Position numbers and translations under genes: made by a program. DNA of 64,000 nucleotides from Tubulanus polymorphus (lineage: Eukaryota; Animalia; Nemertea), in contig NC_134030.1 in the NCBI RefSeq assembly GCF_964204645.1, positions 19,428,210 to 19,492,209 on the forward strand, written 5' to 3'. The notes below the pieces were generated by a model that saw only the letters and a list, made by a program, of their open reading frames with translations, ran no database searches and was not told the origin of the DNA. Of the stretch, positions 51,335 to 64,000 are shown one piece after another (position 1 is the first letter of the stretch; every line of letters begins with the position of its first letter).

Positions 51335-51494
51335 GGCCCGGTTTCATAGACTGAGTATGAAAATTATTCCTAGGGGTAAATCCTCGATGCGGGTGACAAA
51401 CACCGTAGTCACAATGAGGAACCGTGATTTTAACTGAAAAATTTCCAAAATGATCCCTGGGATTATTTTGCTTTCACATTTATGAAACCCGGTC
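51335..51494. mobile_element. PIF/Harbinger MITE family F, CAG TSD
   Basis: cag|GGCCCGGTTTCATA...TATGAAACCCGGTC|cag. Similar-ended element at about 4665-4760. Confidence 0.7.
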
Positions 51495-52866
51495 CAGGAA
51501 TCTGACGTTACGACGGCATTATAACGATGAACAGTAACACAAACTAAGCAACGCCTTGTATTGCCTCGCTTTCTATTTGCCTCGGTTATCTAAGACGTAG
51601 CTGCCGTCGCTACCGTTTTCAAAGCGATTTAATTTCAATTATCGAAAGGTCGATTCATCACCGAGGCTCTACTATTGAAAACGGTGTAAAATGATACGAT
51701 ATGCCCCGGTAGCGCGTCGGTACATGTACACACACCCCCGCGGCCGCTTGCCGTATCTTTTCGACGAAAAAGACGACAGTAAAGGTGGGCTAATTAGTGG
51801 AAAACGGGGGTTAAGAATCTGGTGTTGTTGTTGATCCCTACGGGAGTTTACCGTAATCTGAGCAGCGCGTACGTCTCTGAAAGCGGTTCCTCTACAATTA
51901 GATTCGACTCCGGGTTCAAACGTTATATAAATGAACACGCGTTCACCTTAACCGAGATGTTGAACGAGCTCCGATTGAGAGAGAACGTTTTTCGCTCGAT
52001 TCAAATTTTTAACCGGCAGCGTCACCAATACCCGAGGACAAAGGTCGCCTAGTTGATTTTTTTTAAAGAGATTAGGAACCGAAATTTTTGAAATTCATCC
52101 TGATTCAACGATGCATCGCTTGATTATGTTCGTGTTCGGCCTAGAAATTCAGGGGCGGTTGCTCAAAAGTTGGTTAGAGTTAACCAGTGGATAGTCGACA
52201 TAGTGACAATAAAAACGTCATTGCTACTATAGTATTTATCCGCTGGTTATCGTGACCAATATTTGAGCAGCCCCTTTATTTTTATGTGCAACCTAGGAGC
52301 CAACTGCATATTAAGTTGAAAATGAAACCAGTAATAAATACGAATACGAATATCTATTACGCTTCGACCATCTCCATGGTATATGGAGGAAAAAGCGTAT
52401 TTTCAATTCATTATAAACACAGAATAAGATAAAAGCACCTTCAAACAGAACAAACGTTATTTGACGTTTTACAAACGGCAGGTACATGCGACACCTCTCG
52501 GTCGGATATTGACTTAGCTACCATTTTGTATGGACGAAAGATGATCGTTTGATTCCGATGAGTAAAAGACTACTTAATCTCAATACGACGACAGTTGACA
52601 AAAGCCAATTTAGGTGAAGCCGACGGTCTTTATATTAAACCGGTATTTTTTGCCGACTTGTCACGTTTCGATGTCGACGTCGAACTATGATGGATGTTTT
52701 CCGCGAGCCCCGCGCAGAGCTGCGTGAGTTTTGGCTAACAGAAATAAACCGCCATATATAGAGCAGATATCGATATCCTACAGGCGATCGCTTCCAGGAA
52801 TCTAAACTGTTGGTTACACCTCCGCCGCCGCAATGACGTCATTTACTCTTTCCATTGACCTTTACG

Positions 52867-53253
52867 TTTGTGCCACATCTGTAATGTGTTGGACGGGGAA
52901 TGTCACTTTTTGTCCCATTGTAAAAGAGTCGCTAATCTGAGAAAGGAATCAAAAACATCTATCTTAGACGTAAATAGTTTAATCTCCACTTTCGACAACC
53001 TAAACCCTACGACCAGTATTGTTCAGCTAGCAAAATTTATCAAACTCGGTTTGCCATTGTCCTAATATTTCTTCGATTAATGTTTTGTATTATGTTTTTC
53101 CTCATCTGTCATTCGTGTTAATTATGTCTCATTTTATTATTGTTTATCTCCTATTATGTATATACTTGGTTTTACCGAAACTGTCTCAGTTGCAAACAAT
53201 GTTTCTTTTTAAATGTTTATGCCGAATAAAGATCGAATTGAATTGAATTGAAC
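52867..53253 (+). mobile_element. 5'-truncated non-LTR retrotransposon (LINE) 3' end
   Basis: ORF tail CHICNVLDGECHFLSHC..LR is a C-terminal CCHC knuckle, followed by LAKFI and a stop, a T-rich UTR, AATAAA and a (GAATT)n tail. Confidence 0.8.
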
Positions 53254-53806
53254 TACGGGCATCCACAGCTACTGTTTAGATTATATCTGGTCCAACCGAG
53301 AGCTGCTGTGGGATTTTACCCGGAACGCACAATATACACGATATCACCCTACCCGCGACCGAGTTTCATCCGGTAGTTCCAGAGCCCGTTGCGGTTGCAG
53401 ACCAGCTTAGAGGCAAAAGTGAATCGAAGTCGGTCACAAGTTGACATTTTTCTTTTTAAATTAGACCAGTCGAAAACTGTATCATCTACCCAATCACCAA
53501 ATCTCATAATTCCCCAAATTTCTTAAAACTTCGATTTCAAATTTGCAATTCCACATTAGCTTATCCCAGAAATTCTACATTTTTTCGCAGGCGTCAAATA
53601 ATTTATTAAAGTTTATTTTCTTGTTTCTCTTGGATTTGGGTCTGAACTCGGTTCCGCAATTATGTGGGATCATCCCCGACCTCGGGACCTTTTTCAAAAT
53701 TTCGCTTATACGATTAGACTTTGTGTCCATCAGTTCCACAGGTGGATTTTGATCGATTCCACAAGTTGCGTGGATTACTATATACGGACACGTTTTCACA
53801 GGTATA

Positions 53807-53936
53807 CAGTGGAACTTCGTTACAGCGAACTTCACGCGGCCATAAAATAGGTTCGTTATAACCGATAGTTCGTTACCGGAATTTGTGATATCCGATTAAT
53901 CATTGTACCCGAGTTCGTTGTAGCGAGATTCCACAG
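53807..53936. mobile_element. Tc1/mariner (pogo/Tigger-like) MITE, TA TSD
   Basis: ta|CAGTGGAACTTCGTTACAGCGAACT...AGTTCGTTGTAGCGAGATTCCACAG|ta. Its end sequence is tandemly repeated at 16120-16660. Confidence 0.75.
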
Positions 53937-55669
53937 TATAGGATTTCATTTAACACATGATAAAGTGGATTGTAATTAGTAATTAGTAAGAGAATATCAC
54001 GCAGATATTATCTGTAATTTGTAATAGTACACTATTGTATAGTTCGTATCTATTCGGAAGAGATGAATCGAAACCGATTGAAACGAGAATCGTTTTAACA
54101 AGTTCATAATCATCACGAAGATTTTGACAGTTGCGTTAATACTATTATTTATCTGAATGCTCTTCCGAAATTATATTTCTATACAACTGCCCTGTCCGGT
54201 ATCTCAGCCCACAGATTCACAGATGCTTCGTACGGCTCTTTCAAGGAAACATTTCATACTCTGTTTACTGTATATAGCGTGGGTTTTTATATCATCTTTC
54301 GACGCAGTGTTTGGTTCAATGGCAGCGTTGCGGTGCCCATTATTGCGGAAAAGACTCCGCCTCCCCAAACACCTCGATTGGCTGTTCTAAGTATTCTATC
54401 ACAGAAATATGTCGACAGAGAATTTCTTCCCAGCAAACACTTAACCAAAACTCGACGTTGGATGAACAGTGAAAATATAACAAACAATGAAAGAACATAG
54501 TCGTTGAAATGCCCTAACACAATAGATCGTGGAACTTTTTGAAACATTTTCTTTTTTAGGGAAAATCGCCAAAATCCCTTATATCTCGAGCTAATTAGGA
54601 TCTTTATTCGCCGAAGAAAGGGTTGATCGAAGCTTCTTAGATGTGTATTTTAACGGTACATGGTCATATAGGGCAATGTTATTCCTAGAAACGACGAATT
54701 TACCGTAGTGAAGTTAAATGACAAGGCCTGTTTTCTAAATCCAAGCCAAACATTATTTTTTCAACATTGACGAAACGTGGAAATTTCAACGTTGATGCAT
54801 GGTTGAAATCGCGACCAATTGGCAAAATTCGTCGTCTCGGCTCAAGTACTGACTGAGCGAATCGCATTGAAGACGGTGCATTAAAAGAAAATCAGTTAAA
54901 AGTAATCAGAAGACAGATTCAATCTAAGTAAGTTTGCTGAAAATTTGGCTGAATCGTACAAAAAAAATAATGTTTTACTTCTTAAGGGTTCCGATAATCG
55001 AACATCGCATCAAAAACGTCTCTGCAATTATCATCGAGTCAGATCGCTTTTAGAAATATTTCCAACATTCGCGCGCGGAGTCGAGATAGGAAAAAGTTCG
55101 ACGTTTCCATTTTGAAACGAATCGACGAACGACACAATTAATGCCGATAAACTAATAACATGTACTAATTCGCGTTCAGTTGAGCGCGTGTACAGATAGT
55201 CTGAGTGGGCTGCGTCGACGAGTCAGCGCTTCGAACTCGTGTTCAATTACACGCAAACCTGACTCGAACAACGAACTGTTCACGATGTCGCTCGTCACTG
55301 GACGGTTTCAATTCGTTAAAATAATCACCCATCGATTTTACTTCGGAAAAAGATGTTACGGTGCCGGTGTCCTTATAGTCTTAAACGAGGAATTGCTACG
55401 ATACTGAGAAATTTCAGAAAGTATTCTTATTCAGTTGAGATAAAATCCTCACACGGCGGGGATTCGAACCTGATGACATCGCTACACTCGGCCACGGCAC
55501 GAAACCTTGTTCAATTCAATTCAATTGAATTCAATTTTTTCATTTGCATCGGATGAGGTAAACATATATACAAGATCTCCCACTGCACACTAGTGACTCG
55601 TGGTGACGCTTGCAACAAGTAGGATCCGCAGTCGACACAGAATGTCCTGTACACACAGCAGTGTCCTCT

Positions 55670-56191
55670 ATAAAGAAGTTTCCAGTTTCTAGGCGCCATT
55701 TTGTGGCGGTCCCTCGAGGTCCCCATTGTTGCGATAATTTGCGCTCATTTTCAAAACATAAGTTTAGATTGAATATCATATAGTACTGCAGTCCCTTGCT
55801 CGACGAAATCAATTTATACACCATTTTAAAGGAAATGAAATGCAGATATTTGCTGGCGATTCTTGGAATTTTTGAACGCAACAATTGAGAACAGTGACGA
55901 TGTGAAACCAAGGACCGCATATCTTAACTGTGCGTAAAAGAAATCGCAATATTTATTAATTTTAAAATATCTAAGTATCTCTTAAAGCTATATTTCCAAT
56001 TTTCACAGAGGTTAAAGAGGGTTATTTGCAGTTAAAGCCTGCGTTGAATTTTTTAAAATATCTTTCCTGACGACTGATCTGTACCCGCTTGAGTTTGAGA
56101 TTACGCGCAAAAGGGGTCTCCCACTGCGCATTGCAATTTCACTGAACATTGAGATTGCAAAATGGCGCCTAGAAACTGGAAACTTCTTTAT
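55670..56191. mobile_element. TIR element (34-bp perfect inverted repeats), superfamily uncertain
   Basis: ataaagaagtttccagtttctaggcgccattttg...caaaatggcgcctagaaactggaaacttctttat. Splits a family B unit at cctctat|tgtc, compatible with an AT TSD. Confidence 0.75.
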
Positions 56192-58748
56192 TGTCACATA
56201 GCAGTCTTCGTCCTACTGTACGCTAGCGACACCTGGCGGATCCTCACTTGCCCTAACTGGAATCATGAATTGCGGCAGTTGTTGATGTTTGTTTGTTTGT
56301 TTGTTCGTTTACTTGTTTGTTTTGGCTTAAGGTCGCTTGGATCTTGGTTTCCCGAGACTAACCCTATTGGATTATTCATTTAACCTCACGCCGACGGGAC
56401 GGCGGCCTTCGGAGTGTTGACCGCACACTGTAAGCAGCCAGCAGGACTCGAACCCACTTGTTCTACTGCATACTAGCGACACCTGGTGGATCTTCGCTTG
56501 CCATGAACGGAATATTCTATTTCACGCAGCAGTTGATGTCCTACTACACACTAGCGACACGTTGTCGATCTTTCAAAATAATATTAGTTAGAAACATCCA
56601 ACATTTTCATTATATTTCCAAAAATTCGTTACATTTACAAAAGAAAAGAAAAGAAATAAAATGAAATTATGTAAAATGTAAAATATCGAATCATAATTGC
56701 GATATCCACCGTTCGTTCTGTCGAGTACTGTACAGATGTACTACTCATCAGTCGGTGGAGTTCAAACTTTAATTAATATCATGAAGATTATTCATTAGAC
56801 ACTCTATACCGATGGGATAGTAGGCGACGATAGTTCTCCCGAGGCCTGTGAGCTATATACGATTTCGAAATAGAGTTTAATTGGAATGGGACCGAGAGGG
56901 TTGAAATGAGTTCATGTTTGATAATTCGGTCAATTTCAGGAACTGCTGGATGGGGATTTATCGGCGAGTTTTAACGCTGTCAAAGTTAGAGTGTGTTTAG
57001 CGCAATGTATGTCGCGTAGTCAGGGTTCGAACCCCCGCATCTCAAAACAGGTGACGTGCCAACCAGTAAACCAATGAAAGTAGTCCATTTAACCAGTGGT
57101 TATGCAGCTTGCCGTTCGTGAAGAATTATCGCTTGTTACGACATTGTTGCACTAGGTTTTAAGGATAGGCCTTTCGCATTCAAATCGCTGGAAAGAGCGT
57201 GGGTTCAGGCGAAACACGCCGAGTGGTTGAAACATTCGTATAGGTGTAAATGATTCAGGGATGGTGAAATAGGATAAATCGTATAGTCGACTAATGGTCG
57301 TTACGTCATAGAGTCGACTGTCGTTGAACCGGGTCCGACCTACAGCAACCGTGCTCGATACCGTGGTCGACCGAATAACTGACATGATTCGGTTGATAAA
57401 TAGGCGAATAGACTCTACCAAGTTAAACACACCATTGAAACTAACTGAGTAGAATAGCCTCGCTATATGAGATCCTGTAATGAAAAACTTGAAAAATGTT
57501 TCACATTTTATGAGAGTAGTAATTGAATGAGCTGCATGAAAATACTAGACATCCAAACCCGGCACTCTAATCGATCAGGTTCTGAAAGCGTGCGGATAAA
57601 ATGTCTAATGTCAGGTGTTGCAGTTCATTTTCAATTAAGAATGTCAATTAAGAAAAGTGAAGTAATAAATGCATAGTGTGGACGATCAGTTTTTGGAAGT
57701 GTGCTGCTAAAATGTCTAATGTCTGGTGTTTGTAATTCATTTTCGATTGCAAATGTCTCAGGTGAAGTTCTGAACACATGTGAAGTGTGGACGATCAGTT
57801 TTTGAAGATGCGCTGATAAGATATTAAATTCCTGATGTTTGTAGTTAATTATCAATCATGAAAACAGTTCTGAGTGAAGTCCAGTGAGTGTAGCAGACAA
57901 TCACAATTTACAATGACTAAAGTATGAAATATCTGAGTTGTCCGTGTGCTGAAATTGCTAATATCAATCGAAGGGTAAATAGAGCCCGAAACGAAATGGT
58001 CCTTCTGTTGGGTACGTCGTTTTTTTTTCAAAAATAAGATATAGCTTAGCGATAATTGAAATATTACACTTTTGATTAGTGGGGGAGAGTCTACATTAAA
58101 GACCGATGTATCGTGTATACAATATAAATAAACCTACAGCTGCCGTGTGAATGCTTCACGACAAATCGCGCAACGACAAAAAAGGAAATTCATTAGTAAT
58201 TTCACAATCAGGCCTCCTCCCGGCGCGCGTGGTACAAACTATCGAGATGCAGAAAATTAATTTCTTCGTATGGCACTAATTAGGAATCGAACGCCTACGA
58301 ACGGCCTGTATATATCGTTTTAATCATGAACAGAACTTCGCTACTCGAACGAACAATGTAATAAACTACTAAGCGAAAAACAGCAAACTCTCAACGATGT
58401 ATATTATAGAGAAGTCTATTATCGCCACTATATTAGTTCGTCGACGTGTTGATTGTTCGAACCTAGAAAGCGATAACCAGCTTCTTTTCAATACGTAGAT
58501 CGACGTACGAACGGGTATTGCCTCAACCTAGTCTGCCAAGTTACTTATTGCTTTGTCTTTATCCTGGCCCGATCATAACCGTATTTCTTTTTTCAGCTTT
58601 ACAACTGATTCCACGAATTTAATAATTCCATTTTCGAATAATAATGTGTTTCTGACTATTTCGCATGGCTCAGAATGACCTTTATATCAAACTTAGAAAA
58701 TTCCAAAGAAGAACAACGATAATTGGGATTCGGCCGCAAAAACATCGG

Positions 58749-58856
58749 GGTCCAGTTCCACAGTTCGGAGTTAAGATTTGATCCTGAGTTAACTCATTGA
58801 AAATGAACTAATTTTAACTCAGAGTTAACTCTAACTCACAGCTGTGGAACTGGATC
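58749..58856. mobile_element. PIF/Harbinger MITE family D (~110 bp)
   Basis: GGTCCAGTTCCACAG...CTGTGGAACTGGATC with CWG-like flanks. Other copies at 23945-24058, 26514-26622 and 60566-60679 (ctg TSD). Confidence 0.8.
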
Positions 58857-59670
58857 CAGCGTAACGCTCTACTAACTGAGCCACGAATCCGAACTGCCGA
58901 AGCGTGGCCTTCCAGTTCAATCTTTGAATATGTTTTAGCCCGTTTGTTTCAGTTATGAGCTGGCATCTGACTGCAAGTGTTTTATCTGAATATATCTAGT
59001 CGGGAGACTTCATGTGAATAACCATGTCTTTTCCGAATACAAAATTTAGAAACACATTCGTTTTGCTTGGCAAAGTGGAGACCGACTGTCAATATCCTAC
59101 CCGAAATGGTGAAATGCGATAAACTCGATCGTTTAATCCGTACAATCCTGACTCGTAAACTCGGATGATCTCGAGATTCAGATATAGGCTGGACTTATCA
59201 CCATATGCAGAATTTGAGAAATAATGGATCGATTTTAATTGAATATGAGAAGAAATCCGGGAGTTGTTGTCCGAATGTGCACACTAGCGAACCTGGTGGA
59301 TCCACGCTTGCCACAAGTGGAATCCTCGATTACCACAGTCGAACGTAGAGTATAAGCGATATGCTACATTGCTTTGTTTTCCTCGTATTTTGAAAACGTA
59401 GAATATAAAGGAGTTAACGTATTATGAGAAAGGCGTGATCGGTAACTAATGCTGCCGGTGTGTACACGTAGCCCGCACAGCGTGCTGTTTGAACTGTGCT
59501 GTATAGATTATTAGTTATTCAATGATATAATATCTGCCGTTAACGAGCTGGATAAGAGTTTGTACATGTCTTGAATCGGAAGTGTTAAATGCGGTTTGAT
59601 AGTGCGTCCGTCTACTTCAGAATATTGCATCGCATCTAGAGCGCAGTGTTACAATACAGAACCAAGAAAC

Positions 59671-59920
59671 GGTGGGTCGGTGGGTCGGTGGGTCGGTGGT
59701 GGGTCGGTGGTGGGTCGGTGGGTCGGTGGGTCGGTGGGTCGGTGGGTCGGTGGGTCGGTGGGTCGGTGGGTCGGTCGGTCGGTCGGTCGGTGGGTGGTTG
59801 GCTGGGTCGGTCGGTGGGTCGGTCGGTCGGTCGGTGGGTCGGTCGGTGGGTCGGTCGGTCGGTGGGTCGGTCGGTCGGTCGGTCGGTCGGTCGGTCGGTC
59901 GGTCGGTCGGTCAGTCGGTG
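59671..59920 (+). repeat. (GGTG/GGTC)n compound microsatellite
   Basis: (GGGTCGGT)n grading into (GGTC)n. Confidence 0.95.
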
Positions 59921-61884
59921 AATCCTGGTGATAGAAGTGCGTCAGTGCCAGTTGCGCAGACACCAAAATTCGTTCTTCTAAAATTCCAATAGCAAAAATA
60001 CTCGCAAAAATACCAAAAACTCGCATCAGAATGAACCTGTTCTTTGTAGAAACCAATTATTCAAATCGCTACATACATCATACTTCATGTATTCATAGCG
60101 AATGAAAAAAAAAAACATAACAGTTACCATCACTAATTTGAGGTTGATTGATCAGCCTGAGTAAGACCACGCGCGTCCCCGTTGGATCGACAAAACCCAA
60201 ACGCACTTAAATTGATTATAAAATAAGCGGCATGTTTTCGCGCGTGGTCACTAAACCGCGATATTAAGCGGAACAGTTACGAAACGAGCAAAACATCTAT
60301 GAATCGTTAATTAAGACGAATTGTTCGCCGGCTGGAAATACACTAAAAAATACATGAATATACGCAAGGATCTCCTAATGGATTTGGATTGCTGGTTCTG
60401 TAGAGACCGCACTGGGGATTATGTTTTCGATATTTTAAGCTTTTCCAATAAACATACTTCTCATTCCAAACAGACAAATATGGAAGAAGCATCACGAGGC
60501 CTACCTACACAACCGTGGAACTGGGCCCAGAGCCAGAAAGAGCTATATACTCAACTGTGGAACTGGACCCAGTTCCGCAGTCTGAGTTAAGATTTGACTC
60601 TGAATTTAACTCATTGAAAATGAATTAATTTTTAACTCAGAGTTAATTTTTAAATCACAACTGTATGTGGAACTGGATCCTGGATCAAATGTGTGAAGAA
60701 CATGATTTTTTTTCAGACGCATTCCCAAATTGTTTTGATACTTTCTCAGTTTGTATCGAAAATAGTACTAACCTAATATCCTACTGCACACTAGCGACAC
60801 CTGGCGGATCATTTCTTGCCGCAAGTGTATCACTTAATAGCTACAGTAATTGATGTCATTCTGTACACTAGCGATACCTAACGGATCCTGACTTGCTGCA
60901 AGTGTATTACCTATTTGCTACAGTAATTGATGTCCTTCTGTTCACTAGTGACACCTGGCGGAACTTTAATTGCCGCAAATGTATTAGTTAATTGCTACAG
61001 AAATTGATGTCCTTCGGTAAACCAGCGACACCTGGCGGATTCCCGTTACCATTCACATGGTCTATCATCACTTACCACCTAATTGCTACAGCAGTTGACC
61101 TTCACATTAGCGCACTTGGTCTGGTTGGTACTCGGTCGCCGCTCTACAGCATTGTTAGGATTGCGTCAAAAGCTGCCGAAGGGCACGGACCGGAGACACG
61201 AGTACGTACGAACTTAGATGAATTAATCTTGCGCTGGAGTAAGTCATCGCGTGGGGACGAAAAATTACTCGCCATACCCGCAGCCTCGCGGGATCGAGCG
61301 AGTTGATTGGTAAGACGTCGGCGGCTGGCACGCATTGCTTAGGTGACCGGATGCCTAATCAAACGTTAACGCCTGGTTGCGTTAAAAGTGGACGTTTTAA
61401 TAATGCGATCGACGAGATTTTTGCGCCGTTGTCGCTGCCCGTTTATGTTCATAAACACGAAGTTATCTAAAGTTGGCATCGAAAACGTGATTTAACGATA
61501 AAATGTCTAATACTTAGTCAGACATGTTTTGGTTAGTCACCGGGGACGAGTTCCTTAAATAGCAACTTATTCGATATGTTTTTTAAACGCCGAAATCATT
61601 AAGACAGAGAGGAGATTCTCGTTGTTTTCGTAATCTCAAGTCATCGAATCAAGAAGGTTGTCAAAAGTCAACTATCATAATTTCACTGAATTATTGAAGT
61701 CTTTGAAATGAGAAGGTCGATATCAATAACTTGTCTTGGCTTTTTTTGCTCAACGCATCATTGGAAGAACGCCCATCAAAGACAACAAGCCGTCGCCATT
61801 AACAAGGAGAACGCGAACCCCTTTTGAAATTGAGGTTAAGAAGCTCGCTTTATTCGTCCTTCAAATGGGGAACCGGCAACACCC

Positions 61885-62530
61885 GATATGCCACCAGATG
61901 GCGTGAGAGAGCAGTAGGTCTTCCGGTGTCAAAATGTTCATTTTCGTTGAATTTTGAACTGGATTTCAAGACTCCCGAATCCATATACTATCGCAGGACC
62001 ACCAAATATACGATTTATTCACTTTTCCACCCATATCGGTACTGCAATGTAGAAAAATCGAACGCGGTGACATAATAGCGACACCTGGCGGATCTCCGCT
62101 TGCCATACGTGGAATCCTTGATTGCCACAGAAGCGGTGTGGGTAGCCCGTTATCAGGCATGCATTCCCGAGAGCTTTGAAATATAAAAAAAAACGTTAGT
62201 CATTGCGCCAGATGGCGTGGCGAGCACTCAGTCTCATGTTGTCCGATTTATTTTATGTTTAATGATCTTTGAACTGAACTTTGAGTCATCGATATCTTCA
62301 TTATCAAAGGACCCGCCAAATACACGTTAAATTATTTTGCTACTCAGTAATTAGTAAGAGTTTTCACCAGTAAATTGAATTTTTCGAGAGAAAATGTCAC
62401 TTCCGTTTTTAACGGAAACGTAAAATGAAATCGAACGCGGAAGACCGAGTAACTACTAGCGACGTCTGGTGGATCCAAACCAGCCATAAGAGGAATCCTC
62501 GAATGCCACAGTAGCGTTGGCAGCCCCGTT
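61885..62530 (+). mobile_element. Two tandem copies of an unclassified ~270-330-bp dispersed element whose 3' module is the family B unit
   Basis: Order: CCRCCAGATGGCGTG, then AGTTCATTTTCAATGAACTTTGAACTGGATTTT, then AACGCGGTAACCGAGTAACTACTAGCGACACCTGG. Also at about 4010-4350, 5700-6020, 14935-15275 and 26275-26370 (5' half only). Confidence 0.6.
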
Positions 62531-63433
62531 TTTCAGTGAGGAGCTTAACAGTAGAAGTGTTGACGAATCCCCGCCGCAAGAGCACAAGCGACCGCTCATT
62601 ACAAAGTCATCGCGTCCGTTACGAAAATCATATCGACTCCGAGACAAAACGTATTAGCGATTCGTCCCCGCCATCCAGGGCAGCGTCCGCGCTGACGCTT
62701 TTAGAAACGAAGGTCTTCTCCAATCTAGCTATCGACCGCGGCACTTAGTAATCCGCATGTCTGCCAGATTACGACCTGTTCGGTAGCGACTTTCCACCTT
62801 CCTGTTATCATTATGAATATACGGCGCATTATTGATCACATCCAGCGACGCTATTGTTATTTATGAATTCGGATATATCCGAAAATTCGCCGAGTCTCGA
62901 GTCTATCTAATCCGCATTCGAATTTTTCAATAATTTGTGTAGTTGAGTTGCGGCGATTTTATGGTTCGAATTACGTCGTAGATTTCAATGGAAAAACATC
63001 TTCAGATAGTTTTATCGATGCAAATAGTAAAAATTGGTTTTCTAACGAGACAGGTATAAATATGTATTTTCGATATCATAGATGCGAACCGTGTATAAAA
63101 CAATTCAGTCTACTTATCAAGATCCGCGCTGTACATTGCGTTCTTCGGTAAACTACTGGTTTTCTTTAAGGATTTTTAAAAAGGTGTTCACAATCAATAC
63201 AAGTGGAACTTTACCCCATATTTGGCGCCGTATCCACCGAGCGTCGAAAGCAAACGAACAATTTTGAATCCTTGAAATCGCTCGGATTTTCTTGAAATTG
63301 TTCTACGTACGTTTGAGATTCGAAGCTTGATCGGGTCATTATTTTCTGGTCCTTTTAATGCGAAATATTTATGAAATTTCCGGATATTGATAAACAAGAT
63401 TCTGAACACTAACCCCCGCTGTTGTCGCCCAAA

Positions 63434-63622
63434 TGTTTGTTTTCATTTACGTCTTGGTTTTCAAAGACTAACCCTATTTGCTTTTTTCATTCGACCTCAC
63501 GACGGGATCACGGCCTCTAAGCATTTTTCACGGATTCTAAGCATTTAGCAGGACTCGAACCCGCTTGTCACATGGCAGCGCTGATGCGCGATGCGTCACA
63601 CCTTATCCCGCTAAGCTACCGA
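63434..63622 (-). mobile_element. Second tRNA-derived SINE family, (AAAC)n tail; 5'-truncated copy at 56286-56457 inside a family B array
   Basis: Minus strand: gtagcttagcggg (A box)...gggttcgagtcc (B box). Body shared with 56340-56457. Confidence 0.7.
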
Positions 63623-64000
63623 AACAATGCGCGCTCTCGACTGGTGTTAATCGCGCGGAGGATCGAGGGATTGTATCCAAACTGAAAATTAGGAATTTCG
63701 AAATTCAATCCGCCAAAGAATGACCTTCGCGGATGTTGTTTACATCAAGTTCGGAGCTTAACCCACGCAAGGTCATCGAATAAACGACGATTAAAACTGA
63801 CTCAAAATAAAAACAGCAAATATAGGTCGACAAATAGGTCGACAACTTTTTTCCCAAATTTGAAATGATTTCTAATCGGATGAAAGTTAAACCGCGTAAC
63901 GGGAAGGTAACGAATTTCGACGTAATTCGCTTTATGAATATTTCACACAGTTTCACGGAAGCCATTCAGTTATAGGTTTAACGTGGTCTCTGTAAGCCGA

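Noticed and set aside
56705-56760. Hairpin with CTGATGA (hammerhead or pre-miRNA)
   Set aside because: It has GACA instead of GAAA, large bulges and an impossibly small terminal loop.
1-64000. Hox-cluster intergenic region with miR-10/miR-993, suggested by gene poverty and CTCF-like sites
   Set aside because: I saw no homeobox exon or matching mature miRNA sequence, and the tachykinin gene explains the locus.

Overview
Eukaryotic (bilaterian invertebrate, probably lophotrochozoan) gene-poor DNA dense in short repeats. None of the long ORFs in the supplied track looks like a real protein. Reading splice sites by hand gives a cryptic five-coding-exon neuropeptide precursor gene on the minus strand, spanning about 23 kb (29682 to 6330). 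It encodes a 151-aa tachykinin-related prepropeptide: MDYTRSVMGVFLIILCTAAG|LETEFNTDDIVSELKQLNRNLIDVK-EMLSSIFNADISPVERDRSGSSEETIDRSSAFSNDKNKNLLVLNELTRLMELKHGSDYNR-PNAVKR[QPPNGFYAVR]GKRASQ-EILSEKR[TPTGFHALR]GKRSSV-EM*. Each peptide sits on its own 66-nt phase-1/phase-1 exon, and both end in FxAxRamide rather than the canonical FxGxRamide. A second, unidentified minus-strand gene may begin at the left edge. The introns and upstream region hold three Penelope-like hairpin insertions with minimal hammerhead ribozymes and several PIF/Harbinger, pogo-like and IS3EU-like MITEs. They also hold tRNA-derived SINEs, LINE 3' ends, and tandem arrays grown out of transposon modules: a 77-bp unit with a CTCF-like motif, a 51-bp A-box/B-box unit and a 47-bp MITE-internal unit. 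Six palindromic CRE sites are also present. All calls were made by eye without databases, and repeat boundaries are approximate.
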